Shown here: positions 9,053 through 18,252 of the stretch, piece after piece
How the letters are laid out: every line of letters starts with the position of its first letter
Numbering within the stretch: the first letter of the stretch is position 1
Assembly (NCBI GenBank): GCA_020720105.1
Contig: DYPF01000006.1
Coordinates: 1-40,413 of the forward strand
Length of the DNA stretch: 40,413 nucleotides
Reading direction: 5' to 3'
DNA from: Chloroherpeton thalassium
Lineage (GTDB): Bacteria > Bacteroidota > Ignavibacteria > Kapaibacteriales > UBA2268
Position numbers and translations under genes: made by a program
The notes under the pieces: model-generated
Databases searched by the model: none
The model's input: only the letters and a program-made list of their open reading frames with translations
What the model was told of the DNA's origin: nothing

Positions 9053-9472
9053 ATGTATTTAACAAATTTTGGTGTTGTACTTACATTCTTCATCTTCGGG
9101 GTTCTGGTTGTTGCAGCGAGTTTATTTATAGCAGCATTAATCCGTCCAAAAAATCCCACCAAAGAAAAATTAATGACTTACGAAAGTGGTGAAATTCCTA
9201 TTGGATCACCTTGGGGAAAATTTAATAATCGCTTTTATATTGTAGGTCTTGCTTATTTAATTTTTGATGTGGAATTGGCATTGTTGTTTCCTTGGGTAGT
9301 TGTCTTTAAAGATTTAGGCTGGTACTCTTTTTGGACTATGGTAATATTTTTAGCAATATTGATTTTAGGTTTGGTATATGACTGGGCTAAAGGATATTTA
9401 GAATGGGACAAACCAAATCCGATAATTCCGAATTTGAGTGAAATGATTATTAAAAGACAAAAGAAAAATTAA
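9053..9472 (+). CDS. nuoA: NADH-quinone oxidoreductase subunit A
   Basis: Three-TM small subunit containing YESGE and first in the nuo operon. ATG 9053 is preferred to 9020, which overlaps the promoter-like box. Confidence 0.85.
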   Translation: MYLTNFGVVLTFFIFGVLVVAASLFIAALIRPKNPTKEKLMTYESGEIPIGSPWGKFNNRFYIVGLAYLIFDVELALLFPWVVVFKDLGWYSFWTMVIFLAILILGLVYDWAKGYLEWDKPNPIIPNLSEMIIKRQKKN

Positions 9473-9481
9473 AGGAAAAAT

Positions 9482-10090
9482 ATGGGACTATTAGATAGAT
9501 TAGACAAACCTTACGATACTGGTTCTGCCGAGATTTTCTTAGGTACAGTTGAAGATTTATTAAATTGGGGAAGAGCAAAAAGCAATTGGTATATGTCCTT
9601 TGGATTGGCTTGCTGTGCAATTGAATTTATGGCAGTAAATGCATCTCACTTCGATTTTATGCGTTTTGGAACAATTCCGAGACCATCTCCAAGACAATCG
9701 GATTTTATTATCATTTCTGGTACAGTTACAATGAAAATGGCTGAAAGAATCAAAAGACTTTGGGAACAGATGCCCGATCCAAAATATGTAGTATCCATGG
9801 GATCTTGCTCAAATTCAGGTGGACCATATTGGGAGCATGGATATCATGTACTCAAAGGTGTTGATAGAATTATCCCTGTAGATGTTTTTATACCTGGATG
9901 TCCTCCAAGACCAGAAGCTTTTCTTGAAGGGATAGTAAGACTACAAGAAAAAATTAGTCATCAAGCTATTTTCAGAAAAAGGGAAAATATGTCCCCCGAA
10001 GATTTAAAAGAAATTGCAGAAAGACAGAAAGTTATGGATCAGCAATACGCTGAATACCAGAAGATTAATGAACAAATTAAACACGGATAA
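9482..10090 (+). CDS. nuoB: NADH-quinone oxidoreductase subunit B
   Basis: N2-cluster cysteines ([28 protein letters not shown]), with a roughly 45-aa charged C-terminal extension. Confidence 0.9.
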   Translation: MGLLDRLDKPYDTGSAEIFLGTVEDLLNWGRAKSNWYMSFGLACCAIEFMAVNASHFDFMRFGTIPRPSPRQSDFIIISGTVTMKMAERIKRLWEQMPDPKYVVSMGSCSNSGGPYWEHGYHVLKGVDRIIPVDVFIPGCPPRPEAFLEGIVRLQEKISHQAIFRKRENMSPEDLKEIAERQKVMDQQYAEYQKINEQIKHG

Positions 10091-10099
10091 GAGGTTCAA

Positions 10100-10576
10100 A
10101 TGTTACCAAATGAAGTGTACGATAAATTGAAAAATGAATTTGGTGATGATATTTTATCAATCAACCAAGAGCCAAACTATGAACCGTTCATTAATGTGAA
10201 TGCAAACAACCTATTAGATATAATGCTATTTCTCAGAGATGAAAAAGGATTAGAGTATGATTATCTAAGTTGCCTTTCTGGAATGGATTATAAAGAAAAT
10301 TTAGGAATAGTTTATCACTTATTTTCAGTAAAAAGTAGCGATAGAATTATTATTAAAGTCGAAGTACCCAAAGAGTCTCCAGATGTTCCTACATTGGAAA
10401 AAGTTTGGTTAACTGCAGACTGGCACGAAAGAGAAGCATACGATATGTATGGAATTAATTTTGTTGGTCATCATAATCTTATTCGTATCCTCTCACCTTA
10501 TGATTGGGAAGGTTACCCATTAAGAAAGGATTATAAAGGACCAGAAGAATATCATGGCATAAAAGTTCCTTATTAA
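10100..10576 (+). CDS. nuoC: NADH-quinone oxidoreductase subunit C
   Basis: 30-kDa subunit pattern (ADWHEREAYDMYGI.F.GH), separate from nuoD. Confidence 0.9.
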   Translation: MLPNEVYDKLKNEFGDDILSINQEPNYEPFINVNANNLLDIMLFLRDEKGLEYDYLSCLSGMDYKENLGIVYHLFSVKSSDRIIIKVEVPKESPDVPTLEKVWLTADWHEREAYDMYGINFVGHHNLIRILSPYDWEGYPLRKDYKGPEEYHGIKVPY

Positions 10577-10600
10577 CAATACATTTAAAGGTTAGAAAAA

Positions 10601-11752
10601 GTGATAGAGAAAAAAGAAATAGAAATTGACTTTGGTCAAGTTCAAACCGACAGAATGAGGTTGAATATTGGACCGCAACACCCTTCCACACATGGTGTAT
10701 TGCGTTTGGAAGTAGAATTAGAAGGTGAAATTGTAACCGATGTAATCCCACATATTGGATATTTACATCGTTGTTTCGAAAAATATGCTGAAAACTCAAC
10801 TTTTATACAAATTGTACCTTACATTGACAGAATGGACTATATTTCATCAATGAGTAATGAAATTCCTTATGCTTTAGGAATAGAAAAACTAATGGATATT
10901 AAAGTTCCAGATGAGATTCAAGCAATAAGAACAATTTTAGCTGAATTGAATAGAATTGCATCACACCAAATTGCAGTTGCAACATTTGGTATGGATGCTG
11001 GTGCTTTCACTCCATTTCTATTCTTATTCCGTGATAGAGAATTGATTATTGAGATTTTTGAAAGATTATCAGGGGGAAGATTATTGTATAATTATATCCG
11101 ACCAGGTGGTTTGATGAGAGGAATATATCCAACTTTTGTACAAGATGCTTTGGATGTTGTTAGAATAGTTCGTGAAACGAATATAGAAATTATGAACCTG
11201 CTAATCAATAATAAAATATTTATCGAAAGAACAGCAAATGTTGGTATTATGCCTTTGGATGTAGCAATCAATTATGGTTGCAGTGGACCAACTTTACGTG
11301 GCTCTGGTGTAAGTTTCGACTTAAGAAGAGCAGAACCATATTTATTATATGACAAGTTCGACTTTGACGTTTGCTATGGCAAAGGCTCTGTAGGAACTTT
11401 AGGCGATAGTTATGATAGAAATATTGTCCGTGTTTGGGAAATGGAAGAAAGTTGTAAAATCATAGAACAAGCAGTGAAAATGGTCCCAGATGCTTCGTTT
11501 GATGTTCGTGCAACAGTTCCAAAGAAAATTACACCTAAAGGCGAAATATATACAAAAGCTGAAAATCCAAAAGGAGAATTAGGTTTTTATATTGTTGGTG
11601 ATGGCAAGAATAAACCAAACAGAGTTAAAGGTCGCTCACCAAGTTTTGTAAATTTGAGTGCTTTACCAAGTATTTCTCGTGGATATATGATAGCTGACTT
11701 AATAATCATTCTTGGTAGTATCGACATCGTTCTCGGTGAAATTGATAGATAA
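10601..11752 (+). CDS. nuoD: NADH-quinone oxidoreductase subunit D
   Basis: LNIGPQHPSTHGVLRL motif and the C-terminal DIVLGEIDR. GTG start at 10601; start position is less certain. Confidence 0.9.
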   Translation: MIEKKEIEIDFGQVQTDRMRLNIGPQHPSTHGVLRLEVELEGEIVTDVIPHIGYLHRCFEKYAENSTFIQIVPYIDRMDYISSMSNEIPYALGIEKLMDIKVPDEIQAIRTILAELNRIASHQIAVATFGMDAGAFTPFLFLFRDRELIIEIFERLSGGRLLYNYIRPGGLMRGIYPTFVQDALDVVRIVRETNIEIMNLLINNKIFIERTANVGIMPLDVAINYGCSGPTLRGSGVSFDLRRAEPYLLYDKFDFDVCYGKGSVGTLGDSYDRNIVRVWEMEESCKIIEQAVKMVPDASFDVRATVPKKITPKGEIYTKAENPKGELGFYIVGDGKNKPNRVKGRSPSFVNLSALPSISRGYMIADLIIILGSIDIVLGEIDR

Positions 11753-11799
11753 TAACTTAAGTAGAATTAATATTTCGAAAACAATTAAAAAATAAGATA

Positions 11800-12852
11800 A
11801 TGGAACATAATTTTATATTTAACTTACTTGGCAATAATATTTGGTCGTATTTAGCAACTGCTACAATTCCTTTAGTATTTGTTACTTTATACGCATTAGT
11901 TGCCATATTAGGTGAATTAAAAATTGCATCATGGGTCCAAGATAGATTAGGACCAATGAGAACAGGCTGGAAAGGAGTCTTACAACCTCTTGCAGAAGTA
12001 GTTAAATTACTTCAAAAAGAAGATATAACTCCAGAAAATGTAAATAAACCACTTTTTACAATCTCACCTTACGTTATGTTTACTGGATCTCTTGCTGCTT
12101 TTGCTGCAATTCCATTCAGTTCTGCATTTATTCCTGCTGACATAAATGTTGGTATCTTTTATATTTTTGCAGTTAGTTCGTTTGGTGTAATTGGTATTTT
12201 GATGGGTGGCTGGTCGTCCAATAACAAATACTCGATGTTAGGTGGAATTAGAGCTGCAGCTCAAATGATAAGCTACGAAATTCCAATGGCACTTTCAATA
12301 TTAGCAGTTGCTGCTTTAGCTCAGAGTTTAAATATTTCAGATATAATTAACTCCCAAGCTGGTGGTGTATGGAATTGGTTCATATTTGGTGGACCTGGTC
12401 CAATATGGAAAATTGCCTTTTGGCCCTTCACATTCATTCTGTTTTTGGTTTATTTCATTGGTTCATTAGCAGAAACAAATAGAACGCCTTTCGATATACC
12501 AGAAGGTGAGAGTGAAATTGTTGGTGGGTATCATACAGAATATAGCGGTATGAAGTTCGCAATGTTCTTTTTAGCAGAATATGCAAATATATATGTTGTG
12601 TCAGCTTTGGTTACAATTATGTTCCTTGGTGGTTGGCAATCTCCTTTTGGAGATTTTTTAAATGGACCAATTATGCAAGTATTTTGGTTTATATCTAAAG
12701 CATTGGTTTTTGTATTTCTACAAATATGGTTAAGATGGACATTACCAAGAGTAAGAGTTGACCAGTTGATGTTTATCACATGGAAAGTAATGTTACCATT
12801 TGCATTCGTTGCATTTTTAGGTATTGCTTTATGGGCGATGTTAATCCCATAA
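11800..12852 (+). CDS. nuoH: NADH-quinone oxidoreductase subunit H
   Basis: NuoH/ND1 pattern (DRLGPMRTG, ETNRTPFDIPEGESEIVGGYHTEYSGMKFA). Confidence 0.9.
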   Translation: MEHNFIFNLLGNNIWSYLATATIPLVFVTLYALVAILGELKIASWVQDRLGPMRTGWKGVLQPLAEVVKLLQKEDITPENVNKPLFTISPYVMFTGSLAAFAAIPFSSAFIPADINVGIFYIFAVSSFGVIGILMGGWSSNNKYSMLGGIRAAAQMISYEIPMALSILAVAALAQSLNISDIINSQAGGVWNWFIFGGPGPIWKIAFWPFTFILFLVYFIGSLAETNRTPFDIPEGESEIVGGYHTEYSGMKFAMFFLAEYANIYVVSALVTIMFLGGWQSPFGDFLNGPIMQVFWFISKALVFVFLQIWLRWTLPRVRVDQLMFITWKVMLPFAFVAFLGIALWAMLIP

Positions 12853-12883
12853 TTGCAAAATTCAAAAAGGAAAGAGGTTAAAA

Positions 12884-13441
12884 ATGATAAAAAGATATTT
12901 TGAGGATATTTGGATAGGCATCTATTCCACACTTGTCGGAATGGGTATAACTTGGAGCCATTTGTTTACAAAGAAAGTTACTCGCCAATATCCAGATAGT
13001 TACAATCCGAATACAGATCCTGCAAGACCTGACTTTATTCGAAACAGATTATTTGTAGATATGGATTTGTGCATTGGATGTATGATTTGCCAAAGAAATT
13101 GTCCTGTAAATTGCATCTCAATCGAAACAATCAAAGCCGTTAAAGAAGACCCTCAAGCAGTTAAGTCAAACGGAAGCAAAGCTAATTTATGGGTAAACAA
13201 GTTCGATATAGACTTCTCCAAGTGTATGTTTTGTAATTTATGTACTGAAGAATGTCCAACCGATGCAATTTATATGACAAAAGAATTTGAATATTCAGAA
13301 TACGATCGTAGAAATTTATTATATCACTTTAGTGTGATGAATAATGACCAAATTAATGACAAGAAAAAATTATTAGAAGAAGAAAAAGCTAAAAAAGCTG
13401 CTGCTGCCAAAGCTGCCGCTGATAAATCAGAAGGAAAATAA
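12884..13441 (+). CDS. nuoI: NADH-quinone oxidoreductase subunit I
   Basis: Two 4Fe-4S motifs (CIGCMICQRNCP and CMFCNLCTEECP) and a Lys/Ala-rich C-terminal tail. Confidence 0.9.
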   Translation: MIKRYFEDIWIGIYSTLVGMGITWSHLFTKKVTRQYPDSYNPNTDPARPDFIRNRLFVDMDLCIGCMICQRNCPVNCISIETIKAVKEDPQAVKSNGSKANLWVNKFDIDFSKCMFCNLCTEECPTDAIYMTKEFEYSEYDRRNLLYHFSVMNNDQINDKKKLLEEEKAKKAAAAKAAADKSEGK

Positions 13442-13448
13442 TATAATT

Positions 13449-13955
13449 ATGGATGCAGTATCAATAGTATTTTATGTTTTTGCTTCAATTGTGGTTGTAT
13501 CCGCATTAGGAGTCGTTTTTTCAAAGAAGTTGATGTATAGTGCTTTTTCATTATTATTTACTTTCTTTGGAGTAGCTGGTATTTACACTTTATTAAATGC
13601 AGACTTCCTTGCAGTTCTGCAAATAATGATTTATGTTGGAGGTATTTTAGTGCTAATTGTATTTGGTATAATGCTCACAACTAAGTTAACTGATGTAGAT
13701 ATCATTTCGGGAACAACTGGAAAGTTTCTTTATACAAGTTCGGGAATACTTGCTATTGCAATGTTCACACTTTTGTATTTTATGTATTCCCATACAAATT
13801 GGGGAGTTGTTCCTGTAACAACTTACAAAGAAACAACTTTAAATATGTTAGGTGAAGTTTTATTAACTAAATATGTATTAACATTTTTGATAGCTGCGAT
13901 ATTATTATTGATTGCTTTCATCGGTGCTGCATATATAGCTAGAAAAGGAGATTAA
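13449..13955 (+). CDS. nuoJ: NADH-quinone oxidoreductase subunit J
   Basis: Five-TM ND6-like protein in the conserved operon position. Confidence 0.85.
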   Translation: MDAVSIVFYVFASIVVVSALGVVFSKKLMYSAFSLLFTFFGVAGIYTLLNADFLAVLQIMIYVGGILVLIVFGIMLTTKLTDVDIISGTTGKFLYTSSGILAIAMFTLLYFMYSHTNWGVVPVTTYKETTLNMLGEVLLTKYVLTFLIAAILLLIAFIGAAYIARKGD

Positions 13956-13957
13956 TT

Positions 13958-14266
13958 ATGGAATTAGGACTAACACATTTTCTTACGTTAAGTGCAATTC
14001 TTTTTTCTTTGGGGATATTTGGTATTGCAACAAGAAAAAATGCAATTATGGTATTAATGTCTCTTGAGTTAATTATGAATTCGGCAAATATTAATTTTGT
14101 TGCTTTTTCTCGATTTGGTGGGTTCCAAATTGAGGGTCAAATTGCTGCTTTATTTGTGATGATATTAGCTGCAGCAGAAGTTGCAGTTGCATTAGCTATC
14201 GTTCTGAATATATACCAACATTATAAACATATTGATGTAGATGAAATTGACCAAATGAAAGGTTAG
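13958..14266 (+). CDS. nuoK: NADH-quinone oxidoreductase subunit K
   Basis: 102-aa three-TM ND4L-like protein (MSLELIMNSANINF...AAAEVAVALAIV). Confidence 0.9.
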   Translation: MELGLTHFLTLSAILFSLGIFGIATRKNAIMVLMSLELIMNSANINFVAFSRFGGFQIEGQIAALFVMILAAAEVAVALAIVLNIYQHYKHIDVDEIDQMKG

Positions 14267-14303
14267 TTTTTATTAAATTTTGAAATTAAAGTAAAAATAT
14301 ATT

Positions 14304-16544
14304 ATGACACCAGATACCATATTGAATTTATCAATTGCAACCTTGGTAATACCACTACTGAGTTTTGTGTTCCTAATCTTTTTTGGAAAAAGATTAGGAA
14401 GATTATCAGGTTTTATAGGCACTTCGATATTGGGAATTGATTTACTTCTCGCCATCTTCGTTGCCTTTACAAGACTAACAAAATATGCTGATCAACCAAT
14501 GCAGCAGTATAAACTTCAATGGTTTTCATTAGGTGATCACGCTATTTCTATTGGTGTGGGACTTGATAACCTTGCTGCGATAATGTTGATAGTAGTAACC
14601 CTAATAAGTTTCTTAGTGCATCTATTCTCTCTTGAATATATGCGTGAAGATAAAAGATTCTCAAGATTTTATGCTTATCTGGGAATATTTTCCTTCTCTA
14701 TGATAGGAATTGTTATTGCTAATAATTTCTTAAATATGTTCATTTTCTGGGAATTAGTAGGATTAAGTTCATATTTGTTGATTGGCTTTTGGTATGAAAA
14801 AGATTCAGCTGCTAATGCGGGTAAAAAAGCATTTATTACAAACAGAATTGGTGACTTCGGCTTCTTGCTTGGATTGATGCTAATTTATATGACTTACGGC
14901 ACTTTTCTTTTCGATGAGGTTTTTGCAAAAATTAATTTAGGCATATTACCTTATGATAGTGCTGCATGGATGACTGCAGTGGGAATTTTCGTATTTATGG
15001 GAGCAATAGGCAAGTCAGCACAATTCCCATTACATGTTTGGTTACCAGATGCAATGGAAGGTCCAACACCAGTTAGTGCGTTAATTCACGCTGCAACTAT
15101 GGTTGCCGCTGGAGTTTACTTAACAGCAAGAGTTTATCCAATGTTTACTGCAGACGCATTACTATTTATTGCTTATGTTGGAGCTTTAACTGCTTTTATT
15201 TCGGCAACTATTGCCATTACACAATGGGATTTTAAAAAAGTATTAGCATATTCAACCGTAAGCCAATTAGGTTATATGGTAATGGGCTTAGGTGTAGGTG
15301 CTTTTACAAGTGGATTTATGCACTTAGTAACTCATGCTTGGTTTAAAGCTTTGTTGTTCTTAGCTTCTGGTTCCGTTATTCACGCAATGCACCATTCAAT
15401 GCATCACGCCCACGAACATAATATGGATCCACAAGATATTAGAAATATGGGTGGATTGAGAAAAACAATGCCAATTACTTACTATATGTTCTTATTTGCA
15501 ACTTTAGCAATTTCTGGAATTCCATTAACATCTGGATTTTTAAGTAAAGATGGTATTCTTGCTGGAACATTAGCTTTTGCTCAATTATCGGGTCACTGGT
15601 TAATTCCAATTGCTGGATTTGGTGCAGCTTTGATGACTGCATTTTATATGTTTAGATTGACAATTCTTTCCTTCCACGGAAAACCTAAAACTCATATAGC
15701 TGAACATACTCACGAAAATAACTTATATATCACTTTACCATTGATAATACTTGGAACATTAACCATATTCGCATTTTACTCATTTAATCCATTAGATCCA
15801 GGAAAAGGTTGGTTCCATTCATCAACTCAGACTCCACAGATTGCCACTCCACATAATTTGATGTGGGACTTTATGGTTCCCGAAGAAGGACATTCGCATA
15901 TTGGTCATAGTGCAAATCATTCTGTTGCACATCACAATGATGCTAATATTGAATCTACACATTCGAATCATAATAATCAAGCAATGCATTCTGAAGAGGT
16001 TGTTGCAAATCAAGAATTATTTAATGTTACACATTATAAATCATCGAGTGATGAACATGGAGTAGTAACGGAATTAAGTGAAGCAATTCACCACGCTCAC
16101 ATTCCAGCTATGATTCTATCTTTATTGGTAGCTATTATTGGTATTGTGATGTCTTTTATATTCTATCAATTCAAAATTTGGGATCCAGACTCATTAGTGA
16201 GCTTATATCCTTGGCTATATAAGGGATCATTTAATAAATGGTGGTTTGATGAAATTTATCAAGCAACATTTATCAACGGTACTTTGGGATTAGGAAGAGC
16301 TGGAGCTTGGTTTGATTTACATATTGTTGACGGTGTTGTTAATTTTACAGCTACTATTGGAAGAGCATTCAGTAAAGCATCAGCATGGTTCGACTTAAAA
16401 GTTGTCGATGGGTTAGTTAACTTATCAGCATATATATCGCAGAAATTAGGTACGCTATTAAAGCAAACACAAACAGGTCTTATTCAAACCTACCTTGTGT
16501 TGACAGTATTAGGTTTAATCATTTTGATTTATATATTTATATAA
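14304..16544 (+). CDS. nuoL: NADH-quinone oxidoreductase subunit L, with His-rich loop insertions
   Basis: ND5 pattern (FWELVGLSSYLLIGFW, SAQFPLHVWLPDAMEGPTPVSALIHAATMV, KWWFDEIY lateral-helix region). At 746 aa it appears longer than my recollection of typical NuoL. Confidence 0.9.
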   Translation: MTPDTILNLSIATLVIPLLSFVFLIFFGKRLGRLSGFIGTSILGIDLLLAIFVAFTRLTKYADQPMQQYKLQWFSLGDHAISIGVGLDNLAAIMLIVVTLISFLVHLFSLEYMREDKRFSRFYAYLGIFSFSMIGIVIANNFLNMFIFWELVGLSSYLLIGFWYEKDSAANAGKKAFITNRIGDFGFLLGLMLIYMTYGTFLFDEVFAKINLGILPYDSAAWMTAVGIFVFMGAIGKSAQFPLHVWLPDAMEGPTPVSALIHAATMVAAGVYLTARVYPMFTADALLFIAYVGALTAFISATIAITQWDFKKVLAYSTVSQLGYMVMGLGVGAFTSGFMHLVTHAWFKALLFLASGSVIHAMHHSMHHAHEHNMDPQDIRNMGGLRKTMPITYYMFLFATLAISGIPLTSGFLSKDGILAGTLAFAQLSGHWLIPIAGFGAALMTAFYMFRLTILSFHGKPKTHIAEHTHENNLYITLPLIILGTLTIFAFYSFNPLDPGKGWFHSSTQTPQIATPHNLMWDFMVPEEGHSHIGHSANHSVAHHNDANIESTHSNHNNQAMHSEEVVANQELFNVTHYKSSSDEHGVVTELSEAIHHAHIPAMILSLLVAIIGIVMSFIFYQFKIWDPDSLVSLYPWLYKGSFNKWWFDEIYQATFINGTLGLGRAGAWFDLHIVDGVVNFTATIGRAFSKASAWFDLKVVDGLVNLSAYISQKLGTLLKQTQTGLIQTYLVLTVLGLIILIYIFI

Positions 16545-16592
16545 TCAAAATTTATTATTATTATTATAGAAATTAAAGAGTTCGGAGGATAA

Positions 16593-18224
16593 ATGTTTCC
16601 ATTTCTTGGATTGGGACCACTAACATGGATTACCTTTCTACCCATCTTAGGAATGATCATAGTTTTACTCATTCCATCAGGTAATGATGAAGTTGCCAAA
16701 GAAAAATCACAGAATTTATATCGCTGGGTAACAGCAGTAATTACTTTCATTCAATTGTTAATTGCTATTGTGATTGTTTTAGGCTTCAATACAACTATGG
16801 TTGGAGTTAATGACGCTTCAACAATGCAATTTGTAGAGCGGGTTGATTGGATTTCAGTGACAGGATTACCAGTATTTGGTAGTTTCAAAGTAGAATATTT
16901 TGTTGGTATAGATGGATTATCAGTACCAATGATATTACTAACAGCTATAGTTTCATTTTTAGCAACTTTCGCTTCTTGGAATATCAAGAAAGCATCTAAA
17001 GGATACTTCGCTATGTATTTGTTATTAGTAACAGGTATGATGGGCGTTTTTGTATCTTTAGATTTCTTCTTATTCTATGTCTTTTGGGAATTAATGCTAT
17101 TGCCTATGTATTTCCTAATTGGTGTATGGGGCGGTCCTAACAAAGAGTATGCAGCGATTAAGTTCTTCTTGTATACTTTGTTTGGCTCTGTGTTTATGCT
17201 ATTAGTGATGATTGCATTGTATTTTGCTGTTGGATCATTTAATATGTTCGATATGATGGACTTCACTAAGTATGATCCAAGCTCAATCTTATACGGAATG
17301 GGCAATACTTGGAGATTAATAGCATTTGCAGCACTATTTGTAGGCTTTGCTATTAAAGTTCCTGCAGTACCTTTCCACACATGGTTGCCAGATGCTCACG
17401 TTGAAGCACCAACACCAATTTCCGTTATTCTTGCTGGCGTTTTATTGAAAATGGGTACTTATGGTATGTTGCGTATTGCATGGCCAATGTTCCCAGATGC
17501 AGTTTATTACTTCCAGTCTTGGATTGCTTTAATTGGTATGGTTTCTATTGTTTATGGTGCATTATGTGCATTGGGTCAACACAAGTTTGGAAAAAGAGAT
17601 TTCAAGAAACTTATTGCATATTCATCAGTTTCCCACATGGGTTATGTTGTTTTAGGTATGGCTTCAATGACTACAGATGGTATGGTCGGAGCAATTTTCC
17701 AAATGTTCAATCACGGAACAATCACAGCTATGCTCTTTATGATTGTAGGAGTTATTTATGATAGATCTCACACTCGTGGTCTTGATGATTTTGGTGGATT
17801 AGCTAATAAAATGCCTATTTACACTGGCATTATGACTATAGCATTCTTTGGTGCAATTGGTTTGCCTGGTTTAAGTGGATTTGTCTCTGAAATATTGATT
17901 TTCTTAGGTTCGTTTAAAACATTTCCAGTTTATACTATTATTGCTGCTTCTGGTGTTGTATTGGGTGCTGCATATATGTTATGGGCTTTACAAAAAGTAT
18001 TCTTTGGCAAATTGCCTGAACGTTGGCAAGGTCCTTGGGATCCATCAGGAAAGCATTATAAAACAGATGATATAAATACTGTTGAGTTAGTTGCATTGGT
18101 GCCACTTGCTTTAATTACGATTTACTTAGGTATCAATCCTAATCCAATGATAAATTTAATGACTTCGTCGGTTAATCATTTAATCGAGTTTGTAAAGGTT
18201 TCCGGTCAAATCGCCGGTATGTAG
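16593..18224 (+). CDS. nuoM: NADH-quinone oxidoreductase subunit M
   Basis: ND4 pattern (FWELMLLPMYFLIGVWGG, VPFHTWLPDAHVEAPTP) and a strong GGAGG SD upstream. Confidence 0.9.
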   Translation: MFPFLGLGPLTWITFLPILGMIIVLLIPSGNDEVAKEKSQNLYRWVTAVITFIQLLIAIVIVLGFNTTMVGVNDASTMQFVERVDWISVTGLPVFGSFKVEYFVGIDGLSVPMILLTAIVSFLATFASWNIKKASKGYFAMYLLLVTGMMGVFVSLDFFLFYVFWELMLLPMYFLIGVWGGPNKEYAAIKFFLYTLFGSVFMLLVMIALYFAVGSFNMFDMMDFTKYDPSSILYGMGNTWRLIAFAALFVGFAIKVPAVPFHTWLPDAHVEAPTPISVILAGVLLKMGTYGMLRIAWPMFPDAVYYFQSWIALIGMVSIVYGALCALGQHKFGKRDFKKLIAYSSVSHMGYVVLGMASMTTDGMVGAIFQMFNHGTITAMLFMIVGVIYDRSHTRGLDDFGGLANKMPIYTGIMTIAFFGAIGLPGLSGFVSEILIFLGSFKTFPVYTIIAASGVVLGAAYMLWALQKVFFGKLPERWQGPWDPSGKHYKTDDINTVELVALVPLALITIYLGINPNPMINLMTSSVNHLIEFVKVSGQIAGM

Positions 18225-18252
18225 TTTTTTGTTAAATTCAAAAGTTGAAATT

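Noticed and set aside
13378-13441. Lys/Ala-rich tail of NuoI (KKKLLEEEKAKKAAAAKAAADKSEGK) and the charged C-terminal extension of NuoB.
   Set aside because: These are low-complexity terminal extensions without motifs. They are plausible lineage-specific decoration, and I cannot argue a function from sequence alone.
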